Shown here: piece after piece, positions 1 to 10,629 of the stretch | Position numbering within the stretch: position 1 is the stretch's first letter | Layout of the letters: every line of letters starts with the position of its first letter | Virus record (IMG/VR): IMGVR_UViG_3300030329_003696 | Coordinates: 32,001-96,000 of that record | Strand: one strand, 5' to 3' | DNA from: a virus | Length of the DNA: 64,000 bases | The notes under the pieces: model-generated | Told to the model about the DNA's origin: nothing | Databases searched by the model: none | The model's input: only the letters and a program-made list of their open reading frames with translations | Translations under genes and position numbers: made by a program

Positions 1-19
1 GAAAGTAAGATGTCTGCCA

Positions 20-694
20 TTATGTTCTCCCGTCTGTATGTTCTATTTGTTGAGGGTAATTGTATTCCCCGTATATATATCCAGTCAATCCGACCATCAT
101 ATTTTCTATTCCGTCTGCACGCTTGGGCGTATTTGAAAGGTCAATCCTATCGTTCCAACCATTTAAGTACGACTTCCTGTTTATTATATGAGGATTGTTG
201 GATCTTTTGGTTGTCTTACAAAAGGTGCAACCATTAACCTGTATTTCTGTCAGTGACTCATTAACAGCGTGAATATTATTTCTCTTATTAAATCTCAGAT
301 GATCCATGTCCTGTTTTTTCATACAGTCGACTAAAAACCCTAAGCCGTGTTTTATTGTAGGTAAAAACTTCCAGTCGTGTTCAACCTGAAATATATAGTC
401 AGTATCACAATACTGGGTAGACTTTATGTATCCGTCAGCAAGTCCGTTAGTCACAAAACACTCTTTAACTAAGGGAATTGCCCTAGATATGTGCTCTATG
501 TAAGAGTTCAACTTGTCTTCGCAGGGTTGCGGATCAATAAAAACTCTTATGTTTTTGATGTGTTGATCCCCAAAGACATCTACAAGACTTCTAAAAGTTC
601 CCCCGATTAGTTCTCCGCTATCAGAATAACCGTCTGTACAGTTTGTGAATATATTAAGATCTACGCAAGATTGAGACGTATCGTCCGAACTCAT
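20..694 (-). CDS. GT-A fold (GT2-like) glycosyltransferase
   Basis: DYIFQVEHDW acidic motif and 'NNPHI' segment typical of phage GT2-like proteins; lies in glycosylation cluster. Confidence 0.55.
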   Translation of the reverse strand: MSSDDTSQSCVDLNIFTNCTDGYSDSGELIGGTFRSLVDVFGDQHIKNIRVFIDPQPCEDKLNSYIEHISRAIPLVKECFVTNGLADGYIKSTQYCDTDYIFQVEHDWKFLPTIKHGLGFLVDCMKKQDMDHLRFNKRNNIHAVNESLTEIQVNGCTFCKTTKRSNNPHIINRKSYLNGWNDRIDLSNTPKRADGIENMMVGLTGYIYGEYNYPQQIEHTDGRT

Positions 695-1178
695 CTTTAA
701 CCTCCGTTATTTCTGTTAGTTTCCACCCATCATTTGCCGCAAGGTCGCGACACATCTGGATATAGCTTGGATCATGGCAATCGTCAATAATACAGATAGA
801 ATTAGTGAACTTCTCTTTCACCTTTAAAAATTCTGTCTTTCTAAATGATTGGTTCTTTAGATCCCAAACGATTAAATCAAAGTCCTCTGAAAAATCATCG
901 GTATAGGTGTGTAGGTTATCTGAATTTACACCCTCCCTTTTTAGATAACCTTCCGTTTTTTTAAGCCATTCAGCATCTGTGTCGTAAGAATTATTTTCAA
1001 CTTGTGGGCAGTATTTTCTTATTGCGAAGGACGAAAACCCACTACCAAAATCAGCAACTCTTTTAATGCCTTGGTTAGAGTTAATGTATTCGATTAACCA
1101 CTTTACGCTCTGTAGTGACATTGGATGCCCGTACTTAGATACGTTATCGCAGTAGTCTTTATATTCCTCATCAATCAT
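654..1178 (-). CDS. class I SAM-dependent methyltransferase
   Basis: VADFGSGFSS motif I; FDLIVWD; IIDD. Confidence 0.7.
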   Translation of the reverse strand: MIDEEYKDYCDNVSKYGHPMSLQSVKWLIEYINSNQGIKRVADFGSGFSSFAIRKYCPQVENNSYDTDAEWLKKTEGYLKREGVNSDNLHTYTDDFSEDFDLIVWDLKNQSFRKTEFLKVKEKFTNSICIIDDCHDPSYIQMCRDLAANDGWKLTEITEVKDEFGRYVSILRRS

Positions 1179-1179
1179 A

Positions 1180-1977
1180 TTATGTTATTCCCTTAATAGC
1201 GGTTTCCGTGATTCTAAATTTATCGTTATTATTAAAATCTATTTCAGTGATTTGGTTCTTGTGTCCCATATGAATAAACATCGTTTCCCTGCCGTCCTCA
1301 TCTATGGTTAGTTTGCCGTTGTTCCAAGTGGCTGGGATTCTAAGGGGTGGCTGGAGATGCGGACTGCCGTAGTTTTGCATTGTTCTACCTTCGGACAACC
1401 CATAGCAAACATTAAGGTTAGAAGATTTAATAGCTTGATCAAGTCCCACCTCGTCGTAGGCCACATGATCTAACTCTATCATTATGGTATACCACAACTG
1501 ATGAAGCTTAAATACATCTCCTAGGACGGTTCTATAAATACTAAAAGGCCCACAAAGCCTAGTAACGTCTCCGGATATTACCTCGAACTCATCTAGTAGG
1601 CCACTCAGGTAGGAGTCAACGTCCCCAAAAATTAGGTCGAGATCGCAATGTCCCCAAAATTCGTATTTGTTCGCTATGGTCGGAAAAAGGAAATTGTATG
1701 CTGTTTTCCAGTCACATATTTTTCTAACCCTAGGCATTTTATAGTCAATGTTGAGTTTTGTGGAAACGGAAGCTTCGAGGTCAGCTACTGTGTAAGGCAA
1801 AAACCTAACATTTGCAAATCCAAACTCTTCGCAGAACCTATTAGCCTCATCTAGTTCTGGATCATCGGTCATAATACAAAAGTCTGCTGTCTTAACTGTT
1901 GAAGCAGATTTGACAAAAAACGGTATCCAAGACGGAAGTTTTCCAAAGTGGCAGTTAAATAAGCACACCCTTTTCAT
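1180..1977 (-). CDS. DUF6625-like glycosyltransferase-related protein
   Basis: HFGKLPSW..ICDWK..FWGHCDLDLIFGD pattern. Confidence 0.65.
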   Translation of the reverse strand: MKRVCLFNCHFGKLPSWIPFFVKSASTVKTADFCIMTDDPELDEANRFCEEFGFANVRFLPYTVADLEASVSTKLNIDYKMPRVRKICDWKTAYNFLFPTIANKYEFWGHCDLDLIFGDVDSYLSGLLDEFEVISGDVTRLCGPFSIYRTVLGDVFKLHQLWYTIMIELDHVAYDEVGLDQAIKSSNLNVCYGLSEGRTMQNYGSPHLQPPLRIPATWNNGKLTIDEDGRETMFIHMGHKNQITEIDFNNNDKFRITETAIKGIT

Positions 1978-2711
1978 ACTAGTGCCTCCAGTTTTTTATA
2001 TAGCTCATCATGGCGACAGTAATTGTCCCAAAATAACATTCCGAGACTACGCATCTTTTGGTATTCATCCTCTGACATACATGAAGCCATAGATGTAAGT
2101 CTATCAATCTCGGGTCTGTTTTGTTCTGCGATTTGTTTCCAACTACGCCCTTCTCCTCCTCTTAGGCAAAAACTGTCCCAATCAATCTCTTTCTTAAATG
2201 GGTAATCGTTCATACCAGTAATAATTGGTATTGAACCAGCCATTAATGATTGATAGGCACGAAAAGAACTAGAACCGATGCCTCTAGGACAAAACACAAA
2301 CTTGGCTCTAGCTATAACCCTTAAAAAGTCCTTTAGTACTGCTCTCTTTACCGATGGCTCAAGGTTGTAAACGGGTGCAGTTTCTTGGAAAACGTATTCC
2401 GGTAGGTTCAAATCTCTAAACACTTCCCTTCCAGCGTAGCTTGTCTGACCCATAAAGTTGAAGACATGATCTTTGGGGGTGGATCTTAGCTCATCAATAA
2501 AATCCGGATCTTCGTTTATAATATCCCATTCGTCGGTCATCATGAGTGGGACGGGTATAACATCAAAATCTTCGCTCTTATATTCCAGCGGCTGTGCAAC
2601 AAAGAAGGTTCCTCCACGCTGATAAGCTATAAATGGCGAATCATCATTTAAATAAGGGTACTTAGTCCCCCCTATGTCTATGTGGCTACATGCTTCAAAT
2701 GGTCTAGTCAT
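1974..2711 (-). CDS. exostosin (GT47)-like glycosyltransferase
   Basis: KFVFCPRGIGSSSFRAYQSLMAGSIPII motif. Confidence 0.75.
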   Translation of the reverse strand: MTRPFEACSHIDIGGTKYPYLNDDSPFIAYQRGGTFFVAQPLEYKSEDFDVIPVPLMMTDEWDIINEDPDFIDELRSTPKDHVFNFMGQTSYAGREVFRDLNLPEYVFQETAPVYNLEPSVKRAVLKDFLRVIARAKFVFCPRGIGSSSFRAYQSLMAGSIPIITGMNDYPFKKEIDWDSFCLRGGEGRSWKQIAEQNRPEIDRLTSMASCMSEDEYQKMRSLGMLFWDNYCRHDELYKKLEALV

Positions 2712-3414
2712 TTGTTATTCTTTCCTTTGGGAATCCTAGTTCCTTTCTCTTGTTAAAGACCACTTGGTCTCTCCCCGAGTAGTGCAATGTTTTTTGGGCC
2801 GCTAGGTCTAAATCTCCGTGATTCTCTGTGCCTTGTACGCTATAGTGTTCATGAGAGACTATAACTTTGTCAATAAATTTAGCTTTGGACATCTTGTTTA
2901 CCTCTTCTGTAAACTCGTTATCGCAATACAAGCTCTTGTAATCAGGATGATAAATATAACCAAAGTGATCGTAAAGAGCCTTCCCAAGAATAGAAAAAGT
3001 AATAAGTTCTCCATTTGTATTTCCGTCATTAAAATGAACACAGCCGTCTAGGTTTGGAAAGTGCTCTTGCATAGCTATAGCTATCTCGTTATCCCAATTA
3101 TGAGCCTTTGGAACCATGTCGTCGGACGCACATATAACTATGTCAAAATCTTTACCCTCTATGTGGTTGTTAATAGCACTTATTTTTTCCGTACTCTGAT
3201 CAAAATTGACCACGCCATCAACATTAGACTTTTTATTTAAAATGTATTGTATTCGTTCTTGCACATAAGAGTCTGTCATACTCAAATCTGACAGATCACA
3301 ATTAATGTTAAAGAAAAGTTGGTGGTGCGAACTAGCCGTTTCCACGTATTCATTTAGCACCCTCAAAAACTTTTCTGCCCTCGCAAAGGTCGGGAATTGT
3401 ATTAGTAGCTTCAT
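2704..3414 (-). CDS. GT2-like glycosyltransferase
   Basis: FPTFAR N-terminus, ASDDM DxD-like motif, YKSLYCDNEF, HEH. Confidence 0.7.
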   Translation of the reverse strand: MKLLIQFPTFARAEKFLRVLNEYVETASSHHQLFFNINCDLSDLSMTDSYVQERIQYILNKKSNVDGVVNFDQSTEKISAINNHIEGKDFDIVICASDDMVPKAHNWDNEIAIAMQEHFPNLDGCVHFNDGNTNGELITFSILGKALYDHFGYIYHPDYKSLYCDNEFTEEVNKMSKAKFIDKVIVSHEHYSVQGTENHGDLDLAAQKTLHYSGRDQVVFNKRKELGFPKERITND

Positions 3415-3430
3415 ATATATTATATCCCCC

Positions 3431-4306
3431 TTATTGGCCTTTTACAACTTGATTTTGTAGTTTTTGTAGATTTTTTACAGCCTCTTCATTCTTAAGAAAT
3501 CTCATTAATCTCTCTGCTCGATTGAACGGGGTATGCTTGGCTACGATCTGTTTCTTTAGCTGAGTACCGATATCCGTACACTCTTCTTCGGGTTCTTTGA
3601 AGATACTACCTAGAAACTTATTAAATTGTTCTACAGAGTCCTCTTGTGGAAGTATGTCAACCTTGTGGCAGGCCAAACATGAATCAAAAAATATCTGAGA
3701 CGTTGACAGCTCAACAGATCCAGCTATTACAAACCGTTCATAGAAGTGGTATAAGTTATGTAACATTGCCACATCGGTCTCAATATCTGTATATTCACCA
3801 CCTCCAAGGGATAAGAGGTGATAGTTCTTATTTGACTGCACTGCTTTCTCTACAGACTCTTTATCGCCCTCGTTTAAAATACCTAAAGCCATAGCCGGTT
3901 CGGACGGTCTTTTTTGAAGAAAAATATCAGCCGCTGGATATATCCCATTTAACTTAAGTTTTCTAAACTTCTCTTTTTTGTTAAAGGCGTTAGTGAAAAC
4001 AAAGGGAATATTTATCTTGCCCTCGCTCACCTTTTCTATTGACTCACACTCTTCTGGGTTTGCCCCCGTGACGTTAAGAACCAAATCTGGCCCGCCGTTT
4101 CGCTCAATATATTTTATAACATCATTTCCAAGAAATCTGTAGTGCGTGACCATTACGTCTGGCTTAAATGAGTCAAGTGCGTCGTATGCACTGACATTTG
4201 GATTAGCCCAAATTTCACAGTTGACCCCAGCTATACGCAGAGCATGTGACAAGTAATTCGCTTCTGTAGACAGCTTATTGCTGTAATTTTGAAACATTAT
4301 TTTCAT
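3431..4306 (-). CDS. hypothetical protein (possible degenerate GT-B fold)
   Basis: long ORF coupled to neighbours; FKPDVMV and KHTPFNRA resemble CgeB-like GT-B proteins. Confidence 0.4.
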   Translation of the reverse strand: MKIMFQNYSNKLSTEANYLSHALRIAGVNCEIWANPNVSAYDALDSFKPDVMVTHYRFLGNDVIKYIERNGGPDLVLNVTGANPEECESIEKVSEGKINIPFVFTNAFNKKEKFRKLKLNGIYPAADIFLQKRPSEPAMALGILNEGDKESVEKAVQSNKNYHLLSLGGGEYTDIETDVAMLHNLYHFYERFVIAGSVELSTSQIFFDSCLACHKVDILPQEDSVEQFNKFLGSIFKEPEEECTDIGTQLKKQIVAKHTPFNRAERLMRFLKNEEAVKNLQKLQNQVVKGQ

Positions 4307-5055
4307 AATTCGTTAACCCTTTTTAACGTTTTAATTGTATTTATTTTGACTATCGGTGTACCGGCATTCTCTTTTAGTGTAACCCTTCTTCTGTTTGGCC
4401 AAGCGTTGATCGCCTCGAATAAAAATCTGTTTTTATACTCGGGGTTTGATACGGTATTGTAGAAAGACTGGACTAAGTAGTCACCGGTAATATAAGTAAG
4501 CTCAGTCCATCTGTTCTCCGATACTGCCAATGATAAATTTTCTAGGTTCCCATTATTATCTATAACTCCAACATCAAACTCATCGTCACTATGTCCAACC
4601 TGAAATAGCGTTGAAGACTCTTTGAGATCAATTGATTGTAGATACTCAGGGGTTAGCAAGACGCCCCCACCACATATCACTATATTAGAGTTTGTAACGT
4701 TGTTCAAACAAAGCCTTATGCTCTCGCAACAGTTTGAGTGGAAGTAAACTTGGTTCTCCACTATTCTTATGTTTTCAGAATGCCCAAAAGTTTTTCTTAT
4801 GAAGTTGTATATTTTTGATGTCTCGAAACCGGAACATATGATCACTTCAAAATTTAGAAATGATGCTTTTATTGCCTCTATCTGCCTTTCTATTAGTGTT
4901 TTATCCCCAATCTTGACTAAAGATATCGGACCATATGACTTCATCCTGTAGCCATGATTCTCAGCAAGTAGCACAAAAGAAACCGGACTTTCCCTTTTCT
5001 TCCTGTCTGCCGCAAGAGGACTTGTTATAAACTTCTTATTTTTAGATCTACTCAT
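4303..5055 (-). CDS. nucleotidyltransferase-like protein (NTP_transferase fold, degenerate)
   Basis: VLLAENHGYRMKSYGPISLVKIGDKTLIERQI resembles LAAGxGxR..PKxL signature. Confidence 0.65.
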   Translation of the reverse strand: MSRSKNKKFITSPLAADRKKRESPVSFVLLAENHGYRMKSYGPISLVKIGDKTLIERQIEAIKASFLNFEVIICSGFETSKIYNFIRKTFGHSENIRIVENQVYFHSNCCESIRLCLNNVTNSNIVICGGGVLLTPEYLQSIDLKESSTLFQVGHSDDEFDVGVIDNNGNLENLSLAVSENRWTELTYITGDYLVQSFYNTVSNPEYKNRFLFEAINAWPNRRRVTLKENAGTPIVKINTIKTLKRVNEL

Positions 5056-5791
5056 ATAAATCTTGATACATTCCTTGTTTTATAGATGTATTTTGTAAAT
5101 CTTTTAGCATTAGATCATAGTCGTTGTGGTTTAAATAAATCTCTCTTACCACTTTTGACTGTGTGTAGTAAGTGTTACCCATGCCCCTAAAGAGACATAT
5201 CTGCTTGAGGTCATCATTCAATATTTCATCGATCCGTTTGAAATCGCCGGAACCTATTAGGTCGCCACACTTGAGGTACACAAAAAAATTGTAATTAACT
5301 ATTTTTTGAAACGAGTCCTTTTCTTTGAGTGGTTTGACATCGTGTAAGTGAGAAACAAATTCTACCTTATCAATAGATTTTTGAGACTCGTGGATTAAAT
5401 TTACTAACTTTGCAACATCTCTGGATGGGGATGTGGATACAACAATTTTTACCTTTTCTTTGTCATAATCTACTGAGGTTGCCGAAAGGACAGATTTTTG
5501 TAATTCTTCAAATGTTTTAGAGGGGTCGTCCTGAACGACAACTCCAAACGAAAGAGTTACCTCTTCTCGTGCCTCTTCAGGTGTCTCACCGTTCCACCGA
5601 CTAGATCTAAACATGTTGCAAAACTGTGTCAATTCGTAGGAGTCTTGATCTACCCGCCTAGTAGCTTTACCCCTATCAATTAACTTTTGTAGTCTACCGG
5701 CCTCACATCCGGTCTGACCTCCACCCCAAGGGCCACCACTCATTGGTGGGTTCCCATCTGTAATTTTAAAAACACAGTTTCCACAGTCCAT
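5048..5791 (-). CDS. hypothetical protein (N-terminal Cys cluster, possible GT-A remnant)
   Basis: ORF with CGNC..C..C at N-terminus. Confidence 0.45.
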   Translation of the reverse strand: MDCGNCVFKITDGNPPMSGGPWGGGQTGCEAGRLQKLIDRGKATRRVDQDSYELTQFCNMFRSSRWNGETPEEAREEVTLSFGVVVQDDPSKTFEELQKSVLSATSVDYDKEKVKIVVSTSPSRDVAKLVNLIHESQKSIDKVEFVSHLHDVKPLKEKDSFQKIVNYNFFVYLKCGDLIGSGDFKRIDEILNDDLKQICLFRGMGNTYYTQSKVVREIYLNHNDYDLMLKDLQNTSIKQGMYQDLYE

Positions 5792-5794
5792 CTA

Positions 5795-6211
5795 TTAAGC
5801 CCTCACCGCTTTAATTTCAAAGTGTATTCCCGTCATATGGGTATCAACCACCTTGAGACCCAAGCCAGACACGATCTCTTCAATCGTCACGAGAGAAGAC
5901 GCAGAGCTAATAGATGAAACCACAGAGGACGCCTGATTTAGATCGATAATTCCGTTCAGTACTCCTTTACAAAAAAGTCTTATATCTGTTCCTCCGATGG
6001 AAAGCTCCCCATTCATTCTTAACTTAGTGGAAATAGCTGAAATTAATTCAGGGATAGCATCAATGGTAAAGTCGTCTAAAATATCAGTAGCTAATATTTG
6101 GTCACACTCGTTATTGACAATTTCGCTTAGATCTACGTTGTTTGTCGTAACAGTTATGTGGTGGTAGTTCTCTATTTTGTCTTGACCTTCTCTTAGAATT
6201 TGTAGCTTCAT
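5795..6211 (-). CDS. hypothetical protein, degenerate methyltransferase-like
   Basis: CDQILATDILDDF..KLRMNGELSI resembles SAM-MTase core lacking motif I. Confidence 0.4.
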   Translation of the reverse strand: MKLQILREGQDKIENYHHITVTTNNVDLSEIVNNECDQILATDILDDFTIDAIPELISAISTKLRMNGELSIGGTDIRLFCKGVLNGIIDLNQASSVVSSISSASSLVTIEEIVSGLGLKVVDTHMTGIHFEIKAVRA

Positions 6212-7185
6212 TTTTTCACCTCGTAAGCCTTGTTAAAAATTGTGTTCCATTCTTCGATAAACCTATCTTCGGAGAAAAGGTTTTTAATTGTCTCCCTAGC
6301 ACTTTCGCCCATTTCTTTGGCTAGTTCGGGATCTGCTAATAGCTTTTGTATATAACCCCTTAACTCCTCTTCGTCATTCGATATAAAGCCGTTTTCGCCG
6401 TTGTTTATTATATTGGGCATTTCACAGGTAGCTGTTGTTACTACAGCACAACCGCAAGACATCGCCTCTAGCATAGACGTTGGTACTGGACTTAGTGTGC
6501 TGGGGTTGATATAAACTAGAGAATTTTGGTACTCCTCGACAAGGTGCTCTACAGATTCACTTTGCTTCGATAGACCCTCTGTTTCGCCTACAACCTTTCT
6601 TGGGAGGTCTTTAGTTATTCTTTCCCAACCTTGGTAGTTTAGTGCGTAGTCCCTATTTTTGAAATCGTGAGCAACCGTTAAAACACCCTCTCTTTTTGCT
6701 TCTGGGTCTGGCCTAAAAAGTTCTGTGTCAATTGAGTGATACACAACTTCTCCGCCCATCCCCCATTCTCCCATAGAGTATTTCGTTATGAATACATCAA
6801 TATCACCCTTCATGTTTTGATAGCTTTTCATTTGACTATCCGGCCAGCTAGATAGTGGTAATGTATGCTCAAGTGATATCACGGGAATCTGTAGTGTCCT
6901 ATTTATTTGCTCAGAGATTTGAAATTGACCAAACTTACTATTGGATAGTATGAAGTCAAAATTTATCGCGGAGAATAGAGAATTCTTGGGCAAAACATAA
7001 TAATTCTCCGGCATCGGTGCGTGTCCACTGTACCAATCTTTAGCACCCTCATGCATAAAAGCATAAAAGTTATGTCCCGTTTTCGCCAGTTGCGACTGGT
7101 ATCTTTCGTGGGTATTGAAAGTCAGTATATTGTACTTTTTAGAGGTTCTTTGTACATCACCTATTATGTTTTTTGTTTTAATCAT
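6208..7185 (-). CDS. GT4 glycosyltransferase
   Basis: SMLEAMSCGCAVVTT..NGENGF. Confidence 0.85.
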   Translation of the reverse strand: MIKTKNIIGDVQRTSKKYNILTFNTHERYQSQLAKTGHNFYAFMHEGAKDWYSGHAPMPENYYVLPKNSLFSAINFDFILSNSKFGQFQISEQINRTLQIPVISLEHTLPLSSWPDSQMKSYQNMKGDIDVFITKYSMGEWGMGGEVVYHSIDTELFRPDPEAKREGVLTVAHDFKNRDYALNYQGWERITKDLPRKVVGETEGLSKQSESVEHLVEEYQNSLVYINPSTLSPVPTSMLEAMSCGCAVVTTATCEMPNIINNGENGFISNDEEELRGYIQKLLADPELAKEMGESARETIKNLFSEDRFIEEWNTIFNKAYEVKK

Positions 7186-8296
7186 TTAGAATGTCCTTCA
7201 TTATTGATCCTACGCTTTCAAAAGAAAGGGACTCGCATACTGAGAATCCTGTGCTTTTTGCAGAGTTCTCAAAAGCAACTGGGTTTTTCTCCCAGTCGTT
7301 GTATGCTGATCTCATGGAATTTTTAAGATCTCTATCGTCAGATAGACACGTAAAGTCATGGCCGCAATTCATCTGTAAAATGCTATCTGAGGTTGTCTTG
7401 TTAGATTTTAGACAGAATCCTACTGGATATCCTTGATTTTCCGGCGTAACCTTGAGCAAATCTTTAGACGCTGAAATGTTAGTTAGTATAACCCTGCTAC
7501 CAAGACCCAACGCATCGACACCATGAGTTGCTGATGGAGAGTTTTTGAGATCTATAAAACAGTGCCCATACTGATGTGCTGCCATTAAGTGGTCTTCACT
7601 AAGGTTATTGTCTGTTATAATAACCTCTTTTAAGTAGTCTTTTGCGTCCTTGTTTAGCCTTAGCGTTTCCTTTACATTTGCAGCCGCCCTATTAACCGTT
7701 TCCCTAGCTTGATCTGAAGGATTTGTAACAACAATTATTAGTACAGCTCGATCAGTGTAGTCAAACTCGGAATGGAAGCTAGAAAGGATGGAGTCAAGAG
7801 AGTGACTATCACTGGAATCCACAAAGCAGTAAAGTCTAAATTTATTTCTAGCGTAGGGTATATCTATTGGTTGATAGCGTTGTTTAAACTTCTCTAGGTT
7901 GCATGAGGCTGGCACCACCTTGGTTGAAACTAAATCCCCAATGTTATCACTATAATCTTGATTGGGAACCCATACCTCATCTACTTGCTGTAAGTGTTCT
8001 ATAGTAGAGCTGTGTCTTATGTTTAGGAATGTATTCGATAAGATTGCTATATTCTTTTTAAATTTACTAGAGCCTACTATCGAGTCTGGAAAAACATGCT
8101 GTATGCAGACATCGCAGTCGTCAGCTTTTTTATTCTCAAGCTCAAGTATTCTTCCCTGCGAGGGGATTGAAGACTGTACCTTGATCCCCCTACAAACAAC
8201 GTCAACCCCAGCCTTATCTAGGGATAAAATGTTGTTTCGGGTTATTTGACCCCAATCGCTATTTTCCTTATGGTATCCAATATAGAGAACTTTCAT
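7178..8296 (-). CDS. GT4-like glycosyltransferase (divergent)
   Basis: MKVLYIG, VDEVWVP; GT-B layout with degenerate EAxAxG motif. Confidence 0.6.
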   Translation of the reverse strand: MKVLYIGYHKENSDWGQITRNNILSLDKAGVDVVCRGIKVQSSIPSQGRILELENKKADDCDVCIQHVFPDSIVGSSKFKKNIAILSNTFLNIRHSSTIEHLQQVDEVWVPNQDYSDNIGDLVSTKVVPASCNLEKFKQRYQPIDIPYARNKFRLYCFVDSSDSHSLDSILSSFHSEFDYTDRAVLIIVVTNPSDQARETVNRAAANVKETLRLNKDAKDYLKEVIITDNNLSEDHLMAAHQYGHCFIDLKNSPSATHGVDALGLGSRVILTNISASKDLLKVTPENQGYPVGFCLKSNKTTSDSILQMNCGHDFTCLSDDRDLKNSMRSAYNDWEKNPVAFENSAKSTGFSVCESLSFESVGSIMKDILND

Positions 8297-8868
8297 TAGT
8301 TATCTCCTCCCGACTTCTTAGCCACAATCATAATATCGTCATACCTATCTTTGTTAGATCTCAGGTCTATGGTTTTAATGTCATTAAATACAACCGGAAG
8401 ACTATTCATAATTGGTTCGCAAAATTGTATATCTTGCACATCTTCGATAACAAACACTCCGTCATCTTTCAGTAGCTGAGACCAAAACTTACAGGAAAAA
8501 ACCTGATGATTGGGAAGGTGTGAGCCATCGTCTATGATTATATCAAATTTAATACCTAAGTCTTCTATCTTTCTAATCGTGTCAAAAGAGATGGCATCAG
8601 TGTTTTCGTAAATGGTTACGTTTTCAATGTCATCAAATTGTCGAAGACCGCTTCTTTCATCTAATTCTATACCAATAATATTTGCGTCAGAGAAATAATC
8701 GTTCCAGAGACTAAGCGATCCACCGTGATGGTTCCCAATTTCAAGTAAATTTATCTTCTTATCCTTGTACTCTGAAAACAAGGAGTCATATGTTTCTATG
8801 TAAGAATGACTAGTGTCCTTATCTGTCCCGTAAGACCCACTAGTTATTAGCTCTTTTAAAGTTGACAT
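8296..8868 (-). CDS. SAM-dependent methyltransferase (sugar O-MTase type)
   Basis: YGTDK..HSY, LLEIG..GGSL, FDIIIDDGSH, GVFVIED. Confidence 0.85.
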   Translation of the reverse strand: MSTLKELITSGSYGTDKDTSHSYIETYDSLFSEYKDKKINLLEIGNHHGGSLSLWNDYFSDANIIGIELDERSGLRQFDDIENVTIYENTDAISFDTIRKIEDLGIKFDIIIDDGSHLPNHQVFSCKFWSQLLKDDGVFVIEDVQDIQFCEPIMNSLPVVFNDIKTIDLRSNKDRYDDIMIVAKKSGGDN

Positions 8869-9632
8869 TGTTTCTCCAAATTGTAAAACTTTATGAATTG
8901 CATTCCGGCGTTATTGAATTCTCCGTGAAATCCGAAGGATGAATATGACAATAAGACATCCCTGTTAAAATATTTATACTCAGTGGGATGCTCAACGGAG
9001 AACTTAGCCGCAAGAGAGGGTGGTGCAAAGGTAATGCCCTGTTCCGTCATGCGATCATAATTGAAAACACAAGTGTTGAGGTCTTCGTTCTTATGCTCCC
9101 ACCCCAGACTTGCCGATTCTTCCACAAACTTACGTGTTCTCAGGGAAAACCCTCCGTTGCCAACAACGTTCGGGATTTTCTCTATGCGACCAGCTACCAT
9201 GTCGCTTGCTTGAACTATTGACATCGGCCAAGGAGCACCTATATAGTCATACTCTAAATATTTATCATCCCAATTGGTTATATCTATAATAGTTGAATCA
9301 TGCTGCACATTCAAACAAAAATCATCTAAAATATACTTATTTGTCTGTTGAATAAATGATTCGCAGAATCCGCTTCGATTTTTATCATCATCCGACATGT
9401 TTGATGTTAGTTCTACGCTCATATCGCAGACATCAATGTCGTACTTGTTTATTACATCGTCAAATAAACTTAGGTTTGTTTTACTACTATCTGTAATTAA
9501 AACCGCACGCTTAAACTTTACCTGATCCATACCAATCAGCATAGATCTTAAAGATTTTCTTACATGCTCCTCTCCCCAGCAGAATGTAAAAATAGTTACA
9601 TCCGGAAGCTGCAACTTATTTCCAATAGTCAT
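8856..9632 (-). CDS. DUF5672 family protein (GT-like)
   Basis: QHD, YDYIGAPW, VGNGGFSLR, NED, FGFH. Confidence 0.85.
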   Translation of the reverse strand: MTIGNKLQLPDVTIFTFCWGEEHVRKSLRSMLIGMDQVKFKRAVLITDSSKTNLSLFDDVINKYDIDVCDMSVELTSNMSDDDKNRSGFCESFIQQTNKYILDDFCLNVQHDSTIIDITNWDDKYLEYDYIGAPWPMSIVQASDMVAGRIEKIPNVVGNGGFSLRTRKFVEESASLGWEHKNEDLNTCVFNYDRMTEQGITFAPPSLAAKFSVEHPTEYKYFNRDVLLSYSSFGFHGEFNNAGMQFIKFYNLEKQCQL

Positions 9633-10629
9633 AGATTCCCTTCTCTATTTCGTAGTCCATTCTTTTCTGTTCTCTTTCCGGTTGCTTCATAGCCCACTTG
9701 AACATTTCGTCGATAAGTTCTTCTAGATTTGTACCATCGTGAAACCCAAGATTTCTAGGGTCTTTTGCCAACGTGTGGTCGCAGTGTGCGTGTTTAGCTT
9801 CATGACGACCCTCTACATGCTTCTTTTCTGCTTCAAAGCCATTCTTCCAAGCTACACGTTGAACCGTGTCTGCAAGCTCGTTAATCGTATATGCTTTGTC
9901 TGCACCTAAATTAAATGTATAACCATTACATCTATCGATTAAGGTTTCAAAGGGTTTCATGTAATACTTAACGTCTGAGAACGCACGTGTTTGTTCTCCA
10001 TCGCCATAAATCAACATCGGCTCGCCAGCGAGGACGCGACGAATAAAAATGCCCGCTACGTTACGATATTTATCCCAGATATTCTGATAGATACCAACAA
10101 CGTTATGTGGCCTAATAATAGTGTATCGAAGGCCGTGTTGTTCACTAGCAATCTTTATATCCATTTCAATAGCATACTTTGCAACCCCGTATGGGTCGAT
10201 GGGTGCTGGCCCCATCTTTTCGTTGAAGGGAGGAAAGTGGTTTCCGTATACCGCCATAGAAGACGTGAAGATCATCTTCGTATCATGTTCGATACATTGA
10301 TTGATGATATTAACACTCCCTAAAACGTTATTTGTATAATTAAAGTGTCTTATATAGGGCGATAACCCCTCAGCTGCGTAAGCGGCAAAATGAAAACAGG
10401 CAGCTACATCATTAAAATGGAAGATATTATTTAAAGCCTTACTTGCCCAACGGTCAGAAATATTAATGGGCCAGAATTCAAATTGTTCTGGAGGTGCTTG
10501 CGGCAGATAGTCTGAGTATCCACCGCTAAGGTCATCAATCCCAATAACCCTGTAGCCTTCACTTAAAAGGTGTCTACTAAAATGACTACCAAAAAGCCCA
10601 GCTGCTCCTGTTACAACAACGGTTCTCAT
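9616..10629 (-). CDS. NAD-dependent epimerase/dehydratase (UDP-glucose 4-epimerase-like)
   Basis: TGAAGLFG, FTSSMAVYG, PYGVAK (YxxxK), GDGEQTR. Confidence 0.92.
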   Translation of the reverse strand: MRTVVVTGAAGLFGSHFSRHLLSEGYRVIGIDDLSGGYSDYLPQAPPEQFEFWPINISDRWASKALNNIFHFNDVAACFHFAAYAAEGLSPYIRHFNYTNNVLGSVNIINQCIEHDTKMIFTSSMAVYGNHFPPFNEKMGPAPIDPYGVAKYAIEMDIKIASEQHGLRYTIIRPHNVVGIYQNIWDKYRNVAGIFIRRVLAGEPMLIYGDGEQTRAFSDVKYYMKPFETLIDRCNGYTFNLGADKAYTINELADTVQRVAWKNGFEAEKKHVEGRHEAKHAHCDHTLAKDPRNLGFHDGTNLEELIDEMFKWAMKQPEREQKRMDYEIEKGIYDYWK

